Positions 47,135-55,824 of a DNA stretch of 62,118 nt are shown piece after piece; within the stretch, counting starts at the first letter, position 1, and the number at the start of each line of letters is the position of its first letter. Location: positions 1 to 62,118 of IMG/VR virus record IMGVR_UViG_3300031902_000007; one strand, written 5' to 3'. The position numbers and the translations under genes were made by a program. Under the pieces are notes generated by a model that was not told the DNA's origin, searched no databases, and saw nothing but the letters and a program-made list of their open reading frames with translations. This stretch comes from a virus. Its lineage: Duplodnaviria; Caudoviricetes.

Positions 47135-48819
47135 CGCAGCACCTCGCGCGCCCAATCTGATAAGCCAAGCCGTCCGGTTCCTGTCCGATGCAGGACATCC
47201 ATGCTGCTGAGTGACCCGGCAATGTTGTTGAAGTTGCCAGACCCGGGAGAATATCCGGCGTTCGTAGCAAGATCGTCGCGCGCCAGATCGCCGGATGCCT
47301 GCAATGCCGCCTCAACAAGGCGTTTTTGTGGGTTCTCAAAAACAGACCAAAGCTTGTCTTTGGCCTCGCTCAGCGAGATCCCCTCAAACTCGACATTGAG
47401 CGCCAGCCGGCCGGGGCTTGGAACGATGGTCTGCCCCATCGTACCAAGGCCGCCGATGATGTTGTTGAAGTTGCCGGAACCTGGCCGATAGCCGGCGACC
47501 GCGGCGACCTGCTCGCGCGTCGGTGCCTCGTGACCGATCGATTTCCAGAAGGCCAGAGAGTTCATCACCCGCCGCTGTGGCATCGTCAGGCCATCCGCTG
47601 GCGCTTCGGCCGGCGCCCGCACAGGATGGGCCGCAGGAGGCCGCACAGGCGTCACGGCGCGAGCGGCGGCGAAGGCTGGCGGCGCCTGCTTGGACCAATG
47701 CTCGAGTTGGGCAGCCGCGCCCCTGGCGTTCTCCAGCGCCTTAATGACCGTCGCCGATTCCGTTGTCACCGCGCGGATTGCGTCGGCATAGCCGTCCGTC
47801 TTGCCGCGCGCATAGGCCGCCGCTTCGGCCTGCCGAACGGCATCCTGATCCACGCCGTTTGCCTTCGGCTTCGCTGCAATCTCACGCTTGAGACTGGCGA
47901 TCTCGGCTTTGAGAGCATTCGGATCGTTGGCCTTGGTCTCGGCTTCGATCGTCGAAAGCCGCTCCTTCAGCTTGCCGAGGTCAAGCGGTTTGAGTTCCGC
48001 CGTCCGCTTGGACTCGCCGCGCCTCGGCGTGCGCGAGGAATCGAAAGTCTGCTTTTCCGGAAACGACGCCGTCTCCAAGATGCCGCGGCCGGGCACCCAA
48101 ACCACGCCCTGGCCACGCTGCATCGATGGTAGGGACGCGAGGATGGCCTTGCCCTCCTGCTGGTCGGCCTGCCCCTCGATCCATGCACCGATCGCCGCGC
48201 GGTCCTGAGAGGCCGTCAGCTTGAACGCGATCATGCCGTCAGCCTGACTGAGGACGTCCTTCGAAAGCACTGCCGGCCGCTGGGTAATGAGCCACGGGAT
48301 GAAGCCGCGCACCCGGCCCCGCCGAACCACGGTCTCCATCATACCGAGCAACTTCGCGGCCTCGCCGTCCTTGTCAAGCAGGCGTTGCGGAGCGAACATA
48401 TCGGCCTCATCGACGACCAGATGCAGCGGCTCGCCGGCCGACTTGCGATAGAGCGCGGTCAGGAACGCCAGCATGAACCGGCGCTCGCCGGCTTTGGTCC
48501 CGATCTGGCTCAGGTCGATGATGCAGCTCTCGGCCATCGCGGCGACGGTCTCACCGATCAGTGATCCAGCGTGCTCGTTGATGGCGATGTCGCCATGCGG
48601 TCCGCCGAAGATCACGACGTTGAACGGCGACTCCGTTTTGCCATCCGGCCGCAGCCGCAGCCCCCACCACACGCCGAGCGGATCGGTAATGACCACACGC
48701 GCCTTGCGTGCCAAAAGCATTTCGACGCCGCTGCCAGCATTGTATGTCTTGCCGCTGCCGGCTGTGCCGACAAATGCGAGCCGGTCGTCAAGAGCAGCTT
48801 TCGGTATCGGATAGGTCAT
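47131..48819 (-). CDS. HerA/FtsK-like P-loop ATPase (DUF87-like) with coiled coil and tandem C-terminal repeats
   Basis: GTAGSGKT, VITDPLG, LVVDEAD, RRGRVRG, ITQRPA motifs. Confidence 0.85.
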   Translation of the reverse strand: MTYPIPKAALDDRLAFVGTAGSGKTYNAGSGVEMLLARKARVVITDPLGVWWGLRLRPDGKTESPFNVVIFGGPHGDIAINEHAGSLIGETVAAMAESCIIDLSQIGTKAGERRFMLAFLTALYRKSAGEPLHLVVDEADMFAPQRLLDKDGEAAKLLGMMETVVRRGRVRGFIPWLITQRPAVLSKDVLSQADGMIAFKLTASQDRAAIGAWIEGQADQQEGKAILASLPSMQRGQGVVWVPGRGILETASFPEKQTFDSSRTPRRGESKRTAELKPLDLGKLKERLSTIEAETKANDPNALKAEIASLKREIAAKPKANGVDQDAVRQAEAAAYARGKTDGYADAIRAVTTESATVIKALENARGAAAQLEHWSKQAPPAFAAARAVTPVRPPAAHPVRAPAEAPADGLTMPQRRVMNSLAFWKSIGHEAPTREQVAAVAGYRPGSGNFNNIIGGLGTMGQTIVPSPGRLALNVEFEGISLSEAKDKLWSVFENPQKRLVEAALQASGDLARDDLATNAGYSPGSGNFNNIAGSLSSMDVLHRTGTGRLGLSDWAREVLR

Positions 48820-49055
48820 GACTTCCTCATCTCATCAATCCACCCGTCCGGCCCCCAGATGCTGGGTTTGGTCTGTGGATTCGATCGGACCGGCCACACC
48901 TCGGCCGGCATCGGGTCAAGGGCCATGTTGTAGACTTCGGCCAGCACGTCGCAGGCGCGATCATAGCATTCCTTGGGCGGGTGTCTGAGTGCGCGGGCGG
49001 CTTCCAGCTCTTGGTGGAAGCACCGGCGGGAGACTTCGGCGGCTATGAGGTTCAT
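48816..49055 (-). CDS. Hypothetical protein
   Basis: ATGA overlap. Confidence 0.5.
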   Translation of the reverse strand: MNLIAAEVSRRCFHQELEAARALRHPPKECYDRACDVLAEVYNMALDPMPAEVWPVRSNPQTKPSIWGPDGWIDEMRKS

Positions 49056-49057
49056 GG

Positions 49058-49405
49058 TCAAAACGGGATCTCCTCGTCATGAAGAACGCTGCAGGCTTTG
49101 CGCGGCCAGATGCGCGACAACACGCGATGCAGGAACATCCGGATCGGATAGGTCAGGCCGCGCCAGAACTCGCGGCGCTCTTGCTGGCGGCACCACGTAT
49201 CGTATTCGGCTTGCTGTTCGCGCTGGCGGTCGATCTCGATCCGATCGGCCCACCACGTCGCCGAGCATGCCTCGCAATGCGCGCGGCCTTCCATGTCGAT
49301 CTCGAAAACCTCGTGGTCGCATTCGTCCTCGGTCCCATCGTCATCCGGCGACCGGAGCTTCCACTCGTCGTAACTGTCGCGCCAGCTGTCGTCGTTCCAA
49401 GGCAT
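49058..49405 (-). CDS. Hypothetical protein
   Basis: GGAGG RBS; SYDEWKL, CEAC, DEEIPF tail. Confidence 0.6.
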   Translation of the reverse strand: MPWNDDSWRDSYDEWKLRSPDDDGTEDECDHEVFEIDMEGRAHCEACSATWWADRIEIDRQREQQAEYDTWCRQQERREFWRGLTYPIRMFLHRVLSRIWPRKACSVLHDEEIPF

Positions 49406-49448
49406 CACCGCCTCCCGATCACGACCGGCTCGACCAGAGCGCGGCGAA

Positions 49449-50078
49449 TCACTTGCCTGCCTCAAGATCAGCAAGCCGCTTCATGTCGGCCAAGGCATCC
49501 TCGTTTGTATCGAAGAATTTAACCGGAGAGATTGTCTCTATGCATGAACTCGCATCGTAGATCTTCATTGCGGCGACCGTGGTATCGAAGAAGGACTCCA
49601 GCGCCTTTCCGGCCTCGCCTGCCAGCGTAACGACCCAGCCAGCGCGGCAGTGGGTTTTCTCGCAAGTATGCCAATCGGTCATGGCGAGCGCCTTCGGCTG
49701 CGAGGCGGCGGCGTATACTGTCTGGTGGATATTTTCGATAACGGGGACGGGCGGCGGCCCGGCCGGAATCTTGCTCGGTTCTGCTTGGAGGTTTTGTTTG
49801 TAGTCGAGTTTGGCAATATGCGAGCAGCCCGAGCAGTCCGAGCAGCGCGAGCAGCCCGAGCAGTCCGAGCAGCGCGAGCAGCCCGAGCAGTCCGAGCAGC
49901 GCGAGCAGCCCGAGCAGTCCGAGCAGTCCGAGCAGCGCTAGCAGCCCGAGCAGACCGAGCAGTTGACGCAGTTTTTGCAGTGCTCAAGGCTGTCCAATGC
50001 CTTTTGCGCCGCCTCATTTGTCCCAAAATATTCGATGGAACATTTGTTGCCTTTATCGTCATAAAGCCAAGTTGTCAT
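49449..50078 (-). pseudogene. Cys-rich (CxxCxx)n repeat protein interrupted by an in-frame TAG at 49938-49940
   Basis: MTTWLY...CKNCVNCSVCSGC*RCSDC...MTDWHTCEKTHCRAGW all in one frame; AGGAG RBS. Confidence 0.75.
49820..49965 (-). repeat. 9-bp/27-bp tandem repeat encoding CS[DGR]
   Basis: (GAGCAGCCC GAGCAGTCC GAGCAGCGC)n on the + strand. Confidence 0.9.
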
Positions 50079-50089
50079 GTGACAGTCTC

Positions 50090-50287
50090 CTATGCTGGTT
50101 CGTGGAGTGCGCGGCGAAGTGCTTCCATCACTGCGGTTTCGTCGTAGCGGCTGGTGTAGGTGTGCCAGCGCCAAGCCTGCATGTGAGCGTCATGCTGTCG
50201 ATCACCAAAGAGCGCCTCGACCAGAACCTCAATAGGACCGGTGACCATCGTGTTAGCGGGGAGGGTAGTGAAGGGACTGCGGCGCAT
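50090..50287 (-). CDS. Hypothetical protein
   Basis: GGAGG RBS. Confidence 0.5.
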   Translation of the reverse strand: MRRSPFTTLPANTMVTGPIEVLVEALFGDRQHDAHMQAWRWHTYTSRYDETAVMEALRRALHEPA

Positions 50288-50290
50288 GGC

Positions 50291-50524
50291 TCAGGCCTCC
50301 ACGCGGTTGTCGTAGACCAGCACGCCGTCATTCCAAATACGTCCGTTGTAGGAAAACTTGCCGATGTACCCGCGCGGTCCGTCGCAGCCTCCGCGAACCG
50401 TAGGCTTGGGAAACGTCGAATTGCCCTCGCCGCTCTCGTCGCGAGCCTTGCAATACAGCGCGGACAGCTCGCCCATTGTGGCGGCGGTGAAGGTCTGATT
50501 TCGCATTTTGAAGGAGTAGGGCAT
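50291..50524 (-). CDS. Hypothetical early protein
   Basis: AAAGGA RBS; RDESGEG.S.F...FSYNGRIW. Confidence 0.7.
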   Translation of the reverse strand: MPYSFKMRNQTFTAATMGELSALYCKARDESGEGNSTFPKPTVRGGCDGPRGYIGKFSYNGRIWNDGVLVYDNRVEA

Positions 50525-50604
50525 CTCGTTTCCTTTCGGCGTGCCAGTTTGGCCACGTCCTCAACCTAATCCCTCCATGGGCCATGTCAACTATTATTTT
50601 TACA
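50522..50604 (-). promoter_or_regulatory. Early promoter plus conserved leader (copy 2)
   Basis: TGTAAAAATAATAG-TTGACA-17 bp-TAGGTT; leader GTGGCCAAACTGGCACGCCGAAAGGAAACGAGATG. Confidence 0.75.
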
Positions 50605-51148
50605 GAAACGTGGATTGCTGCGGCGGGCGGGGACCGAGGAACCCGGGCGATTCGGGAGATGGTCCGTAGGCCGGATTCCAGTTGCTGGTCCGCTGGTAAA
50701 TCGCGAGGATCGGCCGCCATTCCTCCGGGGTCAGCTTCCGGGGATCGACGCCAGAGGCTCCGGACGGGCTGGGCGGCCGTGGCGCGGCCCCCAGGCGATC
50801 CGCCGTCGACCGCACCCAGTTGCGCCAGGTGGCGGGCCAGTCCGCCTTGACGCCGTCCTTACCGGCCTTCGCCGACCAGAAATCCCGGAACCGCTCGGCC
50901 TCGCGCACGGCCTGCTTTGAGTTGAGGCCCTGGACCAGAGCATAGGCGAGATCGCAAACGAAATCCGCCGGGAGCCGCGTGGCTCGGTTCGGCGGATCGG
51001 GGACCAGATCCAATTGCTTCGGCTTCCGTTTCGCCGGGCCGGTCGATGCCGCCCCGGCTGCGAACGCCTTGGCGACCACGTCGCTTGCATCCGATATCGA
51101 AACCCCAAGCCCTACCAGCCGCTCGACCAGCCCGCCGATGTCGCTCAT
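50600..51148 (-). CDS. Replication initiator/DnaT-like protein (short)
   Basis: RATRLPADF...EAERFRDFW...KADWPATWRNWVR motif typical of phage replication protein C-termini. Confidence 0.65.
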   Translation of the reverse strand: MSDIGGLVERLVGLGVSISDASDVVAKAFAAGAASTGPAKRKPKQLDLVPDPPNRATRLPADFVCDLAYALVQGLNSKQAVREAERFRDFWSAKAGKDGVKADWPATWRNWVRSTADRLGAAPRPPSPSGASGVDPRKLTPEEWRPILAIYQRTSNWNPAYGPSPESPGFLGPRPPQQSTFL

Positions 51149-51170
51149 GTGGTGCTCCTTGGTTGATTGT

Positions 51171-52001
51171 TCATTCTGCGGCCTCTGCGATCTTGGGCCG
51201 ATAGGTCGCCGCGATCCATCTCGACAGCGGCAGCGGAATCTTCGCGATCATGGCGCTGGCCATCTTACGCTTTGGCGATCCCTTGTCGTGCATGCGGCCA
51301 GGTGAAATTGACCCGCGCGCCTTTTGCTCGGCATAGGAGCCAAACCAACCTCCGCTCACTTTGACGCCCCGATCATCATCGCGCGTGATATGCTCGCCCG
51401 GGTTGGTCAGGTGTCGCGTATGGGCCACTGCTGCGCTCTGGAAGCTTCCGCCATTTCCATCGAAGCTAAAGCCCTTGACCTTCGTTGCCTTGTAGACCGA
51501 TGGCATCAGCGCCGGCACGTCGCCCCACAGATAGAAGCTGCCGAACGACCAGCGAGCTCGCCCAACCCACGGCTGCGCGCCCTTAACGTTCTCGACCACC
51601 ATCGGGATATGCCGGCCGGCCGCCTCGCAGGCCTCGCGCTGGATGCGGAAGCATGCGTTAAACAGCGCATTGAGTTCGGCGAGTTCGGTCCCGGTCTCGT
51701 CGGCGCGGATCGCCGCGGCCTTCGCCTTCGCGCGGCTCCACGGCATCGCCATCCACGAATATTTCTGGCACGGCGGCGAGGCCACGATCAGATCAGCGTT
51801 ACGAAACTGCGAGCCGTGCAGCGTCAGCACGTTCTGAATGACAAGCTGCACGTGCTCCGGCCGCGGCTGCCCGAATTGACCGCACATGTCCTCAAGGTCG
51901 AACCCGACGACGCGCCAGCCTTCAGCAACCAATCCTTCGGACCAGCCGTGCAAACCCGTGAACAGGTCAATCGCCAGCGGCCTAGAATGCGAGTTGTTCA
52001 T
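51171..52001 (-). CDS. C5 cytosine DNA methyltransferase-like protein
   Basis: IDLFTGLHGW (I), ASPPCQ (IV), VENV (VI); reduced C-terminal region. Confidence 0.8.
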   Translation of the reverse strand: MNNSHSRPLAIDLFTGLHGWSEGLVAEGWRVVGFDLEDMCGQFGQPRPEHVQLVIQNVLTLHGSQFRNADLIVASPPCQKYSWMAMPWSRAKAKAAAIRADETGTELAELNALFNACFRIQREACEAAGRHIPMVVENVKGAQPWVGRARWSFGSFYLWGDVPALMPSVYKATKVKGFSFDGNGGSFQSAAVAHTRHLTNPGEHITRDDDRGVKVSGGWFGSYAEQKARGSISPGRMHDKGSPKRKMASAMIAKIPLPLSRWIAATYRPKIAEAAE

Positions 52002-52307
52002 GAAATCCCCGCCGCGCTTTCGATCGCCTGATGCTTGTATCGTTCCCATAACCGGTCAAGGATGCGCGCCAATCGCACGCCCTCCAACCGCAGCGGCGAT
52101 CCCCCCGGATGATCCCAATATTCCAACCCACCAAGGTTTCGGCGGTACCGACGGAAAAGGCGGCGATAGCGCAGGCGGAGTGTTTTGGAGGCCATCCGCC
52201 CATGCTTCCCGCAGATGATCTCGCTGCACCCGGGAAACTTGTCTCGCGGAGCGGTGCGCCGGCAGAACGGGACGCAACATCGGATTCTAGAATGCGAGTT
52301 GTTCATG
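51982..52307. repeat. 21-bp perfect direct repeat CTAGAATGCGAGTTGTTCATG at 51982-52002 and 52287-52307
   Basis: Identical copies; both downstream ORFs begin MNNSHSR. Confidence 0.9.
51998..52306 (-). CDS. Small Cys-rich hypothetical protein
   Basis: CCVPFCRRT...ICGKH motif. Confidence 0.65.
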   Translation of the reverse strand: MNNSHSRIRCCVPFCRRTAPRDKFPGCSEIICGKHGRMASKTLRLRYRRLFRRYRRNLGGLEYWDHPGGSPLRLEGVRLARILDRLWERYKHQAIESAAGIS

Positions 52308-53699
52308 CATCGCCTCACTGCGCTGCTCGATCTCGTAATCGCTGTTCCGCACTGCGTTCGACGCGATGTCACAGTAAACCTCGATTGTCCCGATGGGACC
52401 CATGCGGTTTTTCTCAACGATCAGCATCAGCTTATTGAAGCACCGCGTCATGGCCTCCTGCCACACGACATGCTCGGCGGTGCCGATCGGCGGTTCTTTC
52501 CGCTCGAGGTAATAGGCCTCGCGGTAAACCATGATAATCACGTCCGCGTCTTGCTCGATGTTTCCCGAATCTCGAAGGTCTCCCATGTTCGGCCGCTTGT
52601 CCTCCCGGCCCTCAACGCCGCGCGAGAGCTGCGAGAGCACGAGGGCGGCGCAATCCAGTTCCTTGGCCAGCGCGCGGAGCCCCGATGTCAGGTCGCCGAT
52701 CTCCAAATTCCGGTTTCCTTTGTACCGGGCCGGCGCTTCCATCAGCCCCAGGTAATCGACGATGAAGAAATCCAGCCCGCGCCGCCGCTTCTCCTGCCGG
52801 GCCCGGGCGCCAAGCATAGCCAGAGTCATCTTGGGCTGCTGCTCGATCCGGAGCGGCAGGCCGCGCAGCCGCAGCGCCGCGTCGCGGATCGCGGTGAAGT
52901 CTGCCTCGGTGAACCGGCCCGACCGCAGCTTGGTGTACTGGACCTTGGCCCGATCGTAGGCCTCATCCGTAATCATGCGCTGCGACAGCGCCACGTCGCC
53001 CATCTCAAGCGAGTAGAAAATCCCCTTGTGCCCGGCCGAGGCCATGGCGCGGGAAATTCCAAGCGCGACCCCGGATTTTCCACTCCCGGGGCGCCCTGCG
53101 AGGATGGCGAGTTCCCCCCGTTGCAGGCCGAGCAGCTTCCGGTCAAGATCCCGCAGCCCGGTCGTCAGACCTGACAGCATCCCATCGCGCTGGTAGGCAT
53201 GGGCCGCAGCATCGACCGCTCGAGCAATGGACTGGTCCAAGGTGAGGGACGGAACCGCCGAACCGACGCGCGCCGCCGCGATCTTGTCCAGCTCGTCGAT
53301 GCCCCAAGACGCCAGTTCGGCAGGGTCCGGAGCTTTCGCGGTCAGGAGCTGGTTTCCCACGGCGGAAACGGCCCGCCGGTGCGCCAGGTCGCGGACCATG
53401 GCGGCAAGGTCCGCCGCCTCCCCCACCGTACAGGCGGCCGCGGCAAGCCGCGCGAGGTACTGTTTTAGGTTCACCCCCGGCGCGATCTCCATTTCGGACG
53501 GCAGGAACGGAACCACGGTCAACGGGCTGGCCAGCTTCCCCATCGAGATCAGAGATTCGCAGACCTCGAAAATCTCACCGTGCACGGGCTCGAAGAAATC
53601 ATCCCGACCCATCCGCGCCGAGATAAGGGCGAATAGGTCGTTCTTTATCAGCACGGCGCCGAGGATCGCCTGTTCTGCCTCTGTCGAATCGGTCCTCAT
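52287..53699 (-). CDS. dnaB: Replicative DNA helicase
   Basis: EAEQAILGA, AGRPGSGKS, SLEM, IVDYLGL, LSQLSR, DLRDSGNIEQDAD, KNRMGP. Confidence 0.95.
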   Translation of the reverse strand: MRTDSTEAEQAILGAVLIKNDLFALISARMGRDDFFEPVHGEIFEVCESLISMGKLASPLTVVPFLPSEMEIAPGVNLKQYLARLAAAACTVGEAADLAAMVRDLAHRRAVSAVGNQLLTAKAPDPAELASWGIDELDKIAAARVGSAVPSLTLDQSIARAVDAAAHAYQRDGMLSGLTTGLRDLDRKLLGLQRGELAILAGRPGSGKSGVALGISRAMASAGHKGIFYSLEMGDVALSQRMITDEAYDRAKVQYTKLRSGRFTEADFTAIRDAALRLRGLPLRIEQQPKMTLAMLGARARQEKRRRGLDFFIVDYLGLMEAPARYKGNRNLEIGDLTSGLRALAKELDCAALVLSQLSRGVEGREDKRPNMGDLRDSGNIEQDADVIIMVYREAYYLERKEPPIGTAEHVVWQEAMTRCFNKLMLIVEKNRMGPIGTIEVYCDIASNAVRNSDYEIEQRSEAMHEQLAF

Positions 53700-54055
53700 G
53701 GCTTGTTCGCCAGTTCGAGGAGCACGGCGGCGTGACAGGGCTTATCCAGATGGCAGAAACACGCCAGATTCTTGCCGCGCAGGAAGCTCAAACCCTCCAT
53801 GATGCCGGCCCGCCTCTTGTCGCTCTCCGGTCCCTGCCACCAATCCCGGCCGCTCTGTGACGGGCCCAGCCAATCCCGAAAGCAGTCGACCACAAATTGC
53901 TGCGCCGTCTCGGCAGTGGCAAACCCGCTTTCGATCGCGGTCTCGATATCGAACGGGTTTCCGAACCGCCCCGGCCGGCAGACGTTGATCGTGTTCGGCG
54001 GCATCTTCCAACCCTTTGTGCGTTTGCGCTGGATGCGCTGTGGCTGGGTGCTCAT
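53696..54055 (-). CDS. DUF4326-like protein
   Basis: RPGRFGNPF...LRGKNLACFC....CHAAVL. Confidence 0.8.
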   Translation of the reverse strand: MSTQPQRIQRKRTKGWKMPPNTINVCRPGRFGNPFDIETAIESGFATAETAQQFVVDCFRDWLGPSQSGRDWWQGPESDKRRAGIMEGLSFLRGKNLACFCHLDKPCHAAVLLELANKP

Positions 54056-54783
54056 GCCGCCACCGGGAATTGGCGGACCACCAGAAAGTTAGGAGGGATC
54101 GGCCGTTTTCCGGCAAACTGCTTGAAGAAATACGCCACTCCGGCCTGCTCGCAGTCCCAGCGGATATCCTGTTCCCAAACCGCTTTCATTGGACGATATC
54201 CCGAGCCGCTCTCGCCGCCGCATATCAGCCAATCCGGGTAAGGACCACTCAATGGTAAACGCAGCGGCCCGATCGCCGGCTCATAGCTGATGAAGTGGAC
54301 TGCGGCCGGGATATCGCGCAGGATCGGCCAGCGGCGATCGTAAGCCTCTTGATCCTCGCATGTCGTGCCGAGCCACACGTTCTCGCGGCCATCCCCCCAA
54401 TTCGTCGGGAGCATCTTAGCGACGTTCTCCGGCCGCTTCGTCAGGATCAGCCAATCAAGTTCCTCCGTCGCATCAATCAAATCGAACAGATCGATTCGCC
54501 ACGATTGTTCGACGTGGTTGTCGAATACGTCGCCGAGGCTGGCGCAGAACACGCGCGGCCGCCGCCCGGTGCCACGAGCCGCTTTGGCCCAGCGTAACGG
54601 CTGTTTCCAATTCGCCTCACTAGTGCGCTTCCGCTCGCCATGCGGTCCCCACTCAACCTTGTGATAGCGTTTGTCCATCAGCGTCTCGGCATAGCAATTA
54701 TCGCACCCAGCCGAGACTTTCTGACACCCAATCCAGGGATTGAACGTCGAATCACACCAAGCAATTTCGGTCTTTTCGGCCAT
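54052..54783 (-). CDS. Phage Gp37/Gp68 (DUF5131) family protein
   Basis: TFNPWIGCQKVSAGCDNCYA, LTKRP, NVWLG, SYEP, GGESG, FFKQ. Confidence 0.9.
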   Translation of the reverse strand: MAEKTEIAWCDSTFNPWIGCQKVSAGCDNCYAETLMDKRYHKVEWGPHGERKRTSEANWKQPLRWAKAARGTGRRPRVFCASLGDVFDNHVEQSWRIDLFDLIDATEELDWLILTKRPENVAKMLPTNWGDGRENVWLGTTCEDQEAYDRRWPILRDIPAAVHFISYEPAIGPLRLPLSGPYPDWLICGGESGSGYRPMKAVWEQDIRWDCEQAGVAYFFKQFAGKRPIPPNFLVVRQFPVAA

Positions 54784-54813
54784 CTGGTTCTCTCCATACG
54801 GATGGTCTAGAGT

Positions 54814-55824
54814 TTATTCGGCAGCTTGGAGGTCAGGAAACGGATCGGCGTCAGACCCCCCAAGTTCGAGGGACCCTTGTTCTTCCTCTTTGCGGCCCTC
54901 GTAGGCGACCTGAATGTTCTTGATGGCCTGCCGATAGTAGGAGGGCTTCAACTCAATGCCGATGCCGCGGCGCCCATTCTGCAGAGCGCCGTAGACCTCC
55001 GACCCCACGCCCATAAATGGCGTAAGCACGGTTTCTCCCGGGCTGCTCCAAAGCGTGATGACCCGATCGATGACATCAAGCTGCAGCGCGTGGACATGCT
55101 TCTCGTCCTCGTCATCCTTGGCCTGACGGAACGGCAGCACGCGACCAATGCGAACGTCATCCCAAAATGCAGAGGCGTACTGTCGCCAGATCCAATGAGA
55201 ATACCTGTTCTCGATCTGGTTTCCAGTCCAACCGCGGTACTTCAAGAGTTCGGCTGGGATCTTGCGTTCGCCGGCATATTCCAAAAGCCCGACCGGGTGA
55301 GTGATCGGAATTTTGTTCTCGCCGTTGCGGCGGAACACCAGCAAGTAATCGGCAGACGCAACGCCACACCGCGAACTATCCTCGACCAAGGACCGATGTG
55401 CCAGGTTCTTCGCCATCGTTCGATTTCGAACCGCCAGAGGCTCTTTCCAAACCGCATAGCGCGCCTTGAACTTCCACCCATGCTTTTCGTGCAGCCGGAT
55501 GATATCACCCGGGAAGTCTGTCAGGGTGTCGTCTCCGGTGTTGCCAGATGGAACATCCATGCAATGAACGGCCGTCATCCGCCCTGGATGGGTGACGCGG
55601 GCGAGTTCCTTCACCACGAAGGAATAGTGCTCGAAAAACTGATCGTAGTCCGTGCAGTTGGAAAGGTCTCGTTCCGAGCTGCTGTAGCAGAACAATCCGC
55701 CGAACGGCGGCGAATAAACGGACAGATGGATCGACTTGGACGGCAGCGCCGTCATGACCTCGATGCAATCGGCATTGTAAGCCGCGTACCTGTCGGTCAA
55801 CTTCTGTTCGACGATTAAAGCCAT
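54814..55824 (-). CDS. DNA methyltransferase, N4-C/N6-A beta class
   Basis: YSPPF catalytic motif precedes TPFMGVGS...GIELKPSY SAM motif. Confidence 0.9.
   Translation of the reverse strand: MALIVEQKLTDRYAAYNADCIEVMTALPSKSIHLSVYSPPFGGLFCYSSSERDLSNCTDYDQFFEHYSFVVKELARVTHPGRMTAVHCMDVPSGNTGDDTLTDFPGDIIRLHEKHGWKFKARYAVWKEPLAVRNRTMAKNLAHRSLVEDSSRCGVASADYLLVFRRNGENKIPITHPVGLLEYAGERKIPAELLKYRGWTGNQIENRYSHWIWRQYASAFWDDVRIGRVLPFRQAKDDEDEKHVHALQLDVIDRVITLWSSPGETVLTPFMGVGSEVYGALQNGRRGIGIELKPSYYRQAIKNIQVAYEGRKEEEQGSLELGGSDADPFPDLQAAE

Noticed and set aside
14187-49940. Genome-wide amber (TAG) recoding
   Set aside because: Only two in-frame TAGs in accessory genes; core genes such as dnaB end normally at TAG; no suppressor tRNA seen
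49820-49965. GAGCAG repeats as iterons or CRISPR
   Set aside because: 9-bp periodic coding repeat in frame with flanking protein sequence
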